Shown here piece by piece: positions 47,689 to 57,600 of a DNA stretch of 64,000 nucleotides; position 1 is the first letter of the stretch; every line of letters starts with the position of its first letter. Where the stretch lies: positions 5,624,761 through 5,688,760 of the forward strand of contig SMSO01000031.1 in NCBI GenBank assembly GCA_004764695.1. The letters are read 5' to 3'. Under the pieces are notes generated by a model. The model searched no databases. It was not told the origin of the DNA and was given only the letters and a program-made list of their open reading frames with translations. This DNA comes from Schizochytrium sp. TIO01. Its lineage: Eukaryota > Protista > Bigyra: Labyrinthulomycetes. A program made the position numbers and the translations under genes.

Positions 47689-49111
47689 ATGTCGGACGAT
47701 GCAGCCAAGAATTCTGGTACCTCAGAGGCCTTTTATCACAAGAGCTCGTAAGTTTGGGATCCGTCTCGTTGATTTTGCGCTTGGAAAGTTTGAGATTGAT
47801 AAATCATGATGTAGCTTTCAAGACTGACGTATTGCGCTGTTTCTATTCGTGTTTATGTCTCGATTGCTATTGGTGGTTTTCATCGGGGCTGTGGTGGAAA
47901 CGGGACGGCAACGACGTCGGTACAATTTTTTGGCGGTGATTGATACAGGCTACGAAACAGCACTGATGCGCTGCTCTCAGATATTTTAGGTGACAGCGCT
48001 CCCCCAAAAGATCCGGTCGTTGAGACACCAGCAGAGACAAAGTCTATTGTGGTAGAGTCGGCCAAGGCAGAATCGACTACGCCTGCAAAGGTCGAGCCTT
48101 CCCCTCCAAAGGTCGAGGTCGTAACTATTGAAGAAGTTAAATCAGAGCCGAAGTCCGGTCGATGAACAGAAACCTGCGCCATTTTCGTCACCGTTGCCTT
48201 CTGAGGAAGAGGTTATGCAAGCTATTGCAAATCTCCTTACCTCTGGAACCTACCAGGGTAAAGTAAGTGGCAAGGCTGTACGCGAAAAGCTTGAGCAGGA
48301 CTTTAACTGCTCGCTCATGGTTTATATGGGCGCGATTCGACGCGAGGTTGCCGTTGTTGTGGACGTGTTGAGCTCTCAGAAAGGCACGCAACAAACTAAA
48401 AGTACCAATCCTTTAGAAACACCGACTGCTGCTGCCGTGCCACCTAATCTTGCGTCTCAGCGCACAATTTCAGGGCTCTCATCTGGTGTGAAGAGCGAAG
48501 GAGATGACGCCTTGTCCTTACCAGGTGCTTCGCAAGACACCGCAGTCTCCTCGCTTCCCGGTAACTCCCAGGAGCCCGGAGTGTCTGGAAGATTTCCTGT
48601 AGCCGCAGACCTCTTGGATACGCGCCATGATACCACCGAGGACCCCGCAAAGACAGGCCGCCTACCCCTGGTATTTCCAAAGAAACTTCAGTCAATCAAG
48701 CCCACGTCCATGCCCGTTCTCATGGAATTGCATGGTCAAGCTATCAACGTAAGAGGTGATGCTGGAGCAATTGGCCGAGTAGCACTTATTGCGGGCCAAA
48801 ATAACGACCTAGACAACAACGATGCGACGAAACGGCCTCACGGTAACGCGATGAAAAAGGGCAAGGCCTCCAAGAAGGCGAAACTCATGGAAATGGCGCA
48901 AAAGTACCAAGATGGCAGTGTTTTGCGAATCGACCTCAAGGGTCATGTGTACCATGGCACCATGGTACCTTCTTCTGTGACTCTGCTAGGTGTAGCTATG
49001 GCGAGAGACAAGGTAACGGTTCAGGGTGTCTGGAACGAATATATGCAGTGCACATACAAGGGCAACGTCATGGAGGGCATGGACGGCAAGGTCGAAGATG
49101 CGGCAAACTAA
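47689..49111 (+). CDS. BIN4: DEK_C domain + BIN4-like (topoisomerase VI accessory) domain protein; exon 1 47689-47747, exon 2 from 47949, one +1 frame discontinuity within 48125-48162
   Basis: ATG in an AAAATG context and a GTAAGT..TACAG intron join in frame. DEK_C-like PSEEEVMQAIANLL...KAVREKLEQDFNCSL...IRREV. BIN4-like RLPLV..VLMELHG..I...GDAGAIGRV..IDLKG..Y..T.VPS..NEYMQ....NV.E. The 3' ORF 48128-49111 is intact. Confidence 0.8.
47748..47948 (+). other. Spliceosomal intron (201 nt, phase 2)
   Basis: GTAAGT donor and ATACAG acceptor; removal restores a continuous frame (HKS-S-LRNSTD). Confidence 0.75.
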
Positions 49112-50346
49112 AACAGTAAACCAACATCACCTGTACAGAATTTCACTTTTCTGAACTCTATTCAGAGTCCTTGTTAATTTCAAGTTGTCCTAGTTAGCTC
49201 ATAGTTCTGCGATCATAATTCTCCAAATCATGCGTATACCAGTAGCAGCTGTCTGAGAGGACCTGCAATAAGGTTAGACCCAATTCATTACCTAAACCTT
49301 TACCATCTCTTCTTTCCCTTCTCTTCTCTTTGATTCATTTTTTCTTATTAGTAATGGGAAAACACTAAAGTCGTGCTTCAGACCATTGGTGCGGCCACTA
49401 TCTCAATCTTTGTCATTTTAATACTATAGAGTAGGTCTCCTATCTAATCTTGGATTCTGTGCGCCTCGCAAGAAATAAAAATTCAAGAACTGGCGACCAG
49501 CGGTGTCTGTCGGTGGCAGGAGTACCTGCCAGATTATGAAGAATGTCCTGAAGACCGAGATTAACCTGGTCGTCAGCAGCTCTCGTTGCTGTAAGTCATT
49601 GCCTCAATTTCTTAGACTTTCAGCGTACCCAAGTAATTGTTAGCACGTTCTTTTCCGCAAGAAATGCCTTCGGTCAATTAGACCCTCAACCCCCCACAAT
49701 ATAGACAGACTCATATCCCACGGTCGTTCCGGCTTTGATTGCGAAGTTGCCTCTACCGCGCACTGCTCATGCATTGGTTAACGACGATGCTTTCGCCGCC
49801 TTCTTCAAGATCATCAACGTACCTACACAATCGAATATGCCAAATCAAGCAGACAAGGGAAGAAAGATCACATAAATTACAGACGCTCAGACTCAATGCC
49901 ATTAAAAAACGAAACCAATCCCGCGATTGAGCAAGCTTCAAAGAGAGTAAACTTGCGTAAACCTAGTGAAAAAAACGTATACCCAAGCGGGTTTGGTCTG
50001 GTCTTTCGTACTTCGAGGTCTTCGTCTAATTGAAGAACTGCGTTGAGTTTCATCCGTAGAATTTCACTCGTTGACATTAATTTCTCTTGAGGCGATTTCA
50101 TTTCATTTTTTTTTATTTATTTTTTTTAAAGTAATAATTGTTTGTAAAATTGATTGAATTTCATTGATCGATGAACTTCAATCCAAGAAAGCATCAGCGT
50201 GACAGCCTCTCACGCAACAAACTGGCTGCGGATCCACACCGGGACGTGGAGTCTCGGACGGATTCAGATAAATCACTTAGCTCCGTCTTGGGGGCAGCGT
50301 GTAGTTTGCTTGCAACTGTGGCTTTACTAGATCCGAAGTAGACATC

Positions 50347-52341
50347 ATGGCAAGAACAACATCGGCGATTGAGCATGCGAAGCGTGTATTGCGGCATCAA
50401 GATACCTCACGTTGCGCGCAGGGAGCTGTGATGGTTGCGCAGGAGCTCCTCAGGTCCCAGACTAGGGCCTCTGCTACTGGTATTGGGCCATCGCTTCGCT
50501 CTCATGCCGCAGGTCTCGGCCAAGTGGCAGAATTTTTAGTCGCCAGGTTCGCTCCCGGCTTGTCGCCTTCAACATCTGCAGCTGCAGGGTCACCTGACGC
50601 TGCTGGCGCTACAAATGGAAGCGCTTACGCGGATATCGACCTCTCGGCCTTCGACGCAGCAGCCGCAGAGAAGCCTGGTATCTTAGACCACTCTAAAGTG
50701 AACGGTGAAAGCGCATCGTCGCCGTCGTCGATCCCGCCTTTGAGCTCCAAAACAACTATCTCGTCGGTACCTTCTTCAGAGGATTTTTCAAAAGTACCCT
50801 TAGAACCCTCAACAGCCTCTAGCACGCAAACCAAGCTCGAAACCGGTCCTGGTGTTACGAAGATCGAGAACGAGAACGCAAAGATGCCTTTGCAAACAAA
50901 TGCAACGTCGAAGAGTGCCGAATTGAGTGGACTTTATGACGGCGATGGGGATATCCCGGTCACAGCTGGACGTGAGCAAGCGGTGCCATCAGGACCTATT
51001 TCTCGCGTGGTGGGCTTTGGTAGGCTTGCGGCAGGCCTTGCAGCAGGCACAGTTGGTGAGGCTGTACGCCGCGGCGTAAGGGGGCGTCCTCAGCATACAG
51101 GCGATGCAGGGACTCCTGGAACCAGCAGTGGAGGAGGCATGCGTGACGTGGTACTATCGAATGCAAATTCAGAGCGCATTGCAGCAACGCTCTGCCGCAT
51201 GCGTGGGGCAGCACTTAAGCTCGGGCAGATGCTTAGCATCCAGGATGAGACAGTGCTCCCACCGCAACTTAGCCATGCTCTTGAGCGTGTGCGTCAAAGC
51301 GCTGATATTATGCCAGCTAGGCAGCTCGATCAAGTCATGGCAGCTGAGCTGGGCCCTGATTGGCGTATGAACTTCGTCAAGTTTAACGATAAGCCCTTTG
51401 CAGCTGCCTCGCTTGGACAGGTACATCAGGCACTCCTTAAGACGCCCGAAGGACCCATTCCTGTTGCCGTCAAAGTGCAATTTCCGGGAGTCGCAGATAG
51501 CATTGACAGTGATCTTGCTAATCTAAAGCGCCTTGCTGATATTACAGGTATCTTCCCGCGCGGTCTCTTCATCGATCGCATCATTGAGGTCATGAAGGAG
51601 GAGCTTCGTGAGGAATGCGATTATCTCAGCGAGGCCAAGCATCAGAAAAAATTCCGTGAGATTCTCAAGAACGACTCTGAGTCATTCTTTGTCCCTCGCG
51701 TCTTTGACCAAACTACCACCTCTCGCATCCTCACCACAGAGCTGGCACGCGGTGTTGCTATTGACAAGGTTGCCAAAACTCTTTCGCAAGAACAACGCAA
51801 CCGGATCGGCCGTTTGCTCTTGCATCTTTCGCTTAAGGAGCTCTTTGACTTTCGCTACATGCAAACTGACCCCAACTTCAGCAACTATCTATTCGACGAA
51901 AAAACGGGCCGCATTGTTTTGCTTGATTTTGGAGCAACGCGTGCTTATGGTCGCGAGTTTGTTGATGACTACCTCGAACTTGTTTGGGCAGCTAGCAAGA
52001 GCGATCGGGGCGCAATTCTTGATTACTCAATCAAGCTTGGATTTCTTACCGGAGATGAGTCCCAAGCGATGAAAAATGCCCACATTCAGAGCGGCCTTGA
52101 AATTGGTCGTCCGTTTCAGCAAGAGGGGCCCTTCGATTTCCGTGGGTCGCGCATGGTTAGCCAAATGAGTAAGCATGGAGATACCTTCATGAATGAGCGT
52201 CTTACACCCCCTCCTAAGGAAGTATATAGCCTCCACCGTAAACTTTCTGGCGCGTACATGACATGCATCAAGCTCGGCTCCATCTTCCCATGCCGAGACC
52301 TTCTTGTAAAATCTTACGAAAACTACCACAAGCAACAGTAG
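50347..52341 (+). CDS. COQ8: ABC1/UbiB atypical kinase COQ8 (ADCK3/4)
   Basis: MRGAALKLGQMLSIQD (KxGQ motif), FAAASLGQVH, VAVKVQFPGVADSIDSD, MQTDPNFSNY, LLDFGA, RLTPPPKEVYSLHRKLSG. The Arg/Ala-rich N-terminus fits mitochondrial targeting. Confidence 0.95.
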   Translation: MARTTSAIEHAKRVLRHQDTSRCAQGAVMVAQELLRSQTRASATGIGPSLRSHAAGLGQVAEFLVARFAPGLSPSTSAAAGSPDAAGATNGSAYADIDLSAFDAAAAEKPGILDHSKVNGESASSPSSIPPLSSKTTISSVPSSEDFSKVPLEPSTASSTQTKLETGPGVTKIENENAKMPLQTNATSKSAELSGLYDGDGDIPVTAGREQAVPSGPISRVVGFGRLAAGLAAGTVGEAVRRGVRGRPQHTGDAGTPGTSSGGGMRDVVLSNANSERIAATLCRMRGAALKLGQMLSIQDETVLPPQLSHALERVRQSADIMPARQLDQVMAAELGPDWRMNFVKFNDKPFAAASLGQVHQALLKTPEGPIPVAVKVQFPGVADSIDSDLANLKRLADITGIFPRGLFIDRIIEVMKEELREECDYLSEAKHQKKFREILKNDSESFFVPRVFDQTTTSRILTTELARGVAIDKVAKTLSQEQRNRIGRLLLHLSLKELFDFRYMQTDPNFSNYLFDEKTGRIVLLDFGATRAYGREFVDDYLELVWAASKSDRGAILDYSIKLGFLTGDESQAMKNAHIQSGLEIGRPFQQEGPFDFRGSRMVSQMSKHGDTFMNERLTPPPKEVYSLHRKLSGAYMTCIKLGSIFPCRDLLVKSYENYHKQQ

Positions 52342-53509
52342 TGTGCAAGCTAACTTCAATAATAAACCACTCTAACGAGTAGAATAGTACTAACCAGGTA
52401 GTAGAGATAGCAGTATTGTGTCTGGTTTTTCAAAGAAGAAAGTACCACCACACGCGTACCTTCTCCCAATAACCACATCAACAATAAAAACCAATATATC
52501 ACCTATTTAGTATCCACCCATGGTCTGCGAATCTTCCCCGTAATTTGAGTTTCTTTACTTGCTCTAACGTTTTTACTTTGCCTTATTAGTATGGATCTTT
52601 TAATCATCTTGTGATTTTGATGAATCTTGTCCAAAATGAATTGGGAGTAGAGGACACATGTGTGCTCAGCACAGACCCAAACCTCACGTAGGTCAGCATT
52701 ATCTGAAGTGCACATATGTAGCGCTTCGTTGCTGGAGAAAAGCTCTTCCGAGCAATCATCCTACAAACCACGATTTTAACTTTCTTTTCCACCTTCCAAC
52801 TTTGGGATAAGCCACTCTGTCAACCATTTTACATCAAACCCAGGTTATCCATATTTTATGATATAGTTTTTTATGGTTCCAAAGCCATATTAGATATGTA
52901 TTATTGGAGGGTATTCACAAAACTGTGTAGGGAATATGGGATATTAGTTATTACATGTTCAATGTAGCTTCGCTTTTTAAAAGTTCCATTATACTCTGTT
53001 CTTGAATTTTATTTGCTTCTAGATAAAAGAATATGAAACTGTGCACTGCAGATCATGAGATCTCCTCACTCGACCATCTTAAGTCAACAAGCAGTCACGC
53101 AGAATACAGAAAATGCAAGGCAGAGATTAGAGCACAGGAAACGCATCACTATTATAATCATAGGGGCCTGAGGTTTTATTCTTTATGCATGCGCACTCAT
53201 GCTAGCATACTTTTACATAAGAACATAAGAAAACGGTTTAGATTAGCACTCCCCAATCTTCGCAGAGACTAATCAAGATACTCTATCAAGTTGCATGAAT
53301 GGAATGGTTCAAAAATGAATATATGCTAGTCAAATCAAATCCTTCCGAAGAAGGTTTCTATCCTTACAACATTGTGATGACAGCCTCCTAGGCATTATAA
53401 GTGCATTTCATCGCGCTCTGGACATACACAACTACAACCGTGTAAGTTGAAATTATGTTTTCATGTAATAAGTCCCAGGGCGTGATATTATAGATAAGCT
53501 GTCTGTCCC

Positions 53510-54637
53510 CTATTCCTCTAGGTTTGATTGGCTCTCCTCATCATCTGCGTTCATAACTTGGTCTTCTGGAACCATGCCAGGTATTTTGGTTTGTAGAAGG
53601 TCTCCATGCGACGTTGAAGAGCCAAGCTGTGACACCTCCCCAATTTCTGGCATCCTGTTGGTTGTCACCAATGCGGAGGAAGATTGAGATAACTTTGTGC
53701 GAGGCTTTAATCGCATACTTGCAGTACTACTCCGTATGACTGCAGAGTTTGCAAAGGCTACATTCGAGGCTGAGCGCTTGAGAACATCTGAGCAATACTT
53801 GTTGTCGGTCTTTGTCGGTTGTTGCCGACTAGAAGTTCGTGCAATCAGTTTATCCTCAATGTCAACAGATGGCATCGGAAGAACAGCTTCTGTTCGTGAA
53901 ATTCCAGGAGAGCTCTTGTCACTGCCACGTTGATAAAATGTATAATTTGACAGCACAAGATCGCGTTGAACCATAGCTGCTGGGCAAAGTCGAGCCAGTG
54001 CATCATACAACGGAAACGCGATATTATTGATAAATCCAAGTTGCATCTGAGGGTCAAAACTTGCCATAAAACTTGTGACTGGTACCCCTACATGTTTTTC
54101 AAGCTCGGTTTGACTCATGAATTCCTCAGTAATACGTGTTACCCATAGCTTATAAGTTGGGAGGTCACGAGCACAATTAGAAACGTCAGCGCACTTAATC
54201 AGAACTTCCATCATAACCGCTCCTGCTTCATCCGACGTGAGCCTCGCTTTAAATGAGGAAGATGCAGTCAAACTAGATGCACAACTTGCGGTACCATCAT
54301 CGTCTTTCATTGTAGCAAGAGAATCCATATATGTGTTCAATTGTTCCACAAATACGCCATGATTTTCCACACTAGTGGCAAGGACTAATCTTGTGATCAT
54401 AGGCTGCACTCTAAGACGAACTTCCGTCAGTTCACCCTGAAGTAAGGCTTCTATAAGTGGTCTGGCTGTTGCTGCATGGAAGTTCTCCAAAATAGGATCA
54501 CTGAATTGTTTGCAGATTTCATTGTTCGTAGCCTTGAGAAAGCCAGCATTGACACCAGGATGACCAACATCGTGTACAGCTGCTGCAATGAGCATTACAA
54601 GACGATCCACCTTGCTGAAGTCTCCACGGGGGGCCAT
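53510..54637 (-). other. Segment 3: C-terminal half of the PDEase_I domain plus a disordered tail
   Basis: IAAAVHDVGHPGVN..FL, LENFH, IKCADVSN, W..RITEEF..Q..LE, QMQLGFI. Confidence 0.92.
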
Positions 54638-57600
54638 TTCTATCCATATTCATCTTTTCAACAGGAGGAGCAACAGAAGAACTAGAAATATCACTTGTTA
54701 CGTCCACTTCACCTGCTGTTTTACCCATTGATACATAGTTTGATGCATCAGCTCTCTTCATTGACATTGTCATGGCGTTGTTTGGGTTATACAAGACTAA
54801 TTTCTGATGAAGGTGTTGCAATAAAAACACATGACATGCTTGTACTACGTCTGCAGCATGCATGCTATTGTGATAAGGATTAGTTGGATAGAGACGCTCG
54901 ATCTCTTTAGCAAATCGATCAACCATATTAATGTCAAATTCAAACAACTCATAAAACCCGTGCTTTAGAAACAGCAGACGGAGCATGAGATGTAACGGTG
55001 TACCACAAGCCACGCGCTCAAAGGCGAAGATATCAAAACTCCACGAATCAAGCTGAAGGGCTAATGAAGACATTGCATCTCGCTCATGAAAATTCATGCG
55101 CCTAGACCAAGCATCAACTGCCACTGGATGCGCATACATATATAATGCATGCACAGCTTTTAGAGATCCAGTCTGGTACCCATCATTGCTGAAACCTGAG
55201 CTAGAGTACATTGAACTAATGGAAGATCGAACCATGGCAACCCCGTTCCAGTTTCGATTCTTTCCGTCCGATTTACCGGAGTCATGTGCTTTAGATTGTG
55301 AGATTTCGTTTCGTGAACTGCTTGGCTTTGATGTCCAGCGCATTCCTCTCATACGGAAGCCACCCCCTCCCTCAGTAGCAGCAGTAGCAGCTGCTGTAGC
55401 AGCGGTGGAAGCAGCTTCAACAGCTTTTGAAGGTTCAGGGCTGCGCGAGAATCGACGCATAAAAGAGTACAAATTCTCCTTTGTATCGTCAATAGCTTCT
55501 TGTCCCTCTAGAGTATCATCTTCCCAATCTTCGTCAGACGATTTCGATAATCTACGATTCATCGATGGTAGGCGTGCAAGAATTCGCTGCGACGCCCGAA
55601 ACGGTACATGATCTAATGGGGCAGATGCTACCGTGGCCCCAGGTCCCATGCATCTCCAAAACGGGATGCAACAACTTATATGTTTGTCCTGATAATGCTT
55701 CACGAGCTTATCTCCGGACTTGGACTTCATTTTTGCTGCGTCTTGAGAAGAGCTAGCACTTCCAGGTCTGCGCCACTTGTTCAACATCCTTTGTTCATTG
55801 GATGCATTCTTAGATTCCAGATTCCCATCCATTGTAGCACGGATGCTAGGTGCCCGAAGAATGCTTGCACGACGCGTTGATTGACGAATAGAGCGTAATG
55901 TTTCGACGAACTGCGAAGTGGTATCTTCAGCAACAGCTGCAAGAGGGGTCGGAGTGCTTGTCAGATGTCCAGAGCTTCGTCGATTTGAATGAATAAAGCT
56001 TTGAGTCAAATCACCAATCCGAAGCGAAGGTCGTCTCATACTAGCCCAAATCATGGATCGCGACTCATTTGGAGGGGGTTCTTGTTTGAGGCTAATTCTT
56101 GGTGACGACATTTTTTTCCTTGTGTTTCCATCGGAAGAAGTGGCTTCAGCCTGCTCACCGGCTGGTGAATTTGGTTCTACCCTCAAAGCTGGTAAACGCA
56201 TCTCCAAGGTTAATTTTAGGCCGTCGAAGTAGGTATCATGTGCTTGTTGAAGCTGTTTTGCTCCAAGGTGGTGGAACAATAGCATGGCATTGATCTGAAG
56301 CGATAAGGGACTTGTTCGTTCAAGCTTCTCAGGTCCTGTGGAAATGCACTCACTCCAGGACTCTAACACTCCAATTGCTGACTGATGAAATCGAGTGCGG
56401 TGGGCTAACAAAATCTCGCGATATGTCTTGTCTCGCATGATAATGTCACAAAATCGGTAGCATCTATCATTTCCTCGCGAGGCCTCGTATGTGACTCCCG
56501 CAGAGGATACCACCTTCATATATGGACAATATTCCTCGTGCTGTAATGCAAATGAAGCATTGTTGGGAATCTACCTCGGGCCTTGGAACCTCAATAATAA
56601 TACCCATTTGTTGAAGACGCTGCAGGCGAGCTTCTAATTTAAACAGTGCATTGTCTTCTATTTCGACTACAGGTGGATCGTTCGGAGACCCAAATCGGAT
56701 TTCAGGAGGTATTTTGATATCTCGTTCCGCATCTTTAAAAGGAAACACTGCAGCAAGCATGCCTAAATCAAAATAGAGCCCGAAAGCCCCTAACCCTCGT
56801 GCGAGGACGCATGCGCAGCGTAGCACAAATTTCTCTGCAACTTGAAGGTGGTCCAGTACCTGTGCCTCCCAGCGGGTGTTGCAAGCCTTTCCACAAGCTG
56901 TCAACACCTGCAAACGAACGGTATATGACATACTGATGAGACGTGCACGCAATTCAGGCATTATTGAGTTTTGTGATGCGCGCCTTGTTAGATTGATGTT
57001 ATTATTCTTGTCAACCCCTTGAGAAATTGAAGTCTTGGTCTGTACAGGAAGGCCATCCACTACTTTCAATCCTCGCAAGGCATCAATGCACACCATCATG
57101 CGCTGATAATTCCCCCCTGTAATACGATGAAGTGTTCGCACAAGCGGTGCAGACGCCCGAGACACCATGTATCTATTCGAAATGAGTGTATGCGCCTGTA
57201 AGAGATCCAGCGGTTGATCTTCGAGAACTATTGTACGCATGGCCTGCATGAAGCTGACATAGTCATCATTAAGACCAGAAAAGGAGGGGCGACGGGCCAA
57301 AGGGTGCTTGGGAGTCAGTGAAACCACGAAGAAGACACCAGGAAATAGTTTCTTGCCCCTGTTCTCTCGAAGAGAAGCCGCAACTCCGTTTGTGAAAAGG
57401 GATACTGTTGCCTCTGAAAGTGTTGGAGCAGGGTTATGGCTTGCAGCAGCAGCAGCGGCAGCGGCAGCAGCTGATGGTGCCAGTGCATCAAGCTGCACAG
57501 AAAACTCACTTGTAAGATAGCGAATAATCTTCCAGTCCAAGTCTGTGAGAAAGTGTGCGTCTTCTAATGTAAGAATGAGAGGCAATTTGGCATTGGTGAT

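Noticed and set aside
49495-49600. TPP riboswitch or SECIS reading of the structured element
   Set aside because: CGAGA instead of UGAGA and no P4/P5 (CUGA..UAAU) half; the ATGA-N11-AA spacing lacks a paired helix and the 3' GA.
49753-50101. Possible small spliced minus-strand gene divergent from COQ8
   Set aside because: The best join gives a ~60-aa peptide with a weak donor and no recognisable features.
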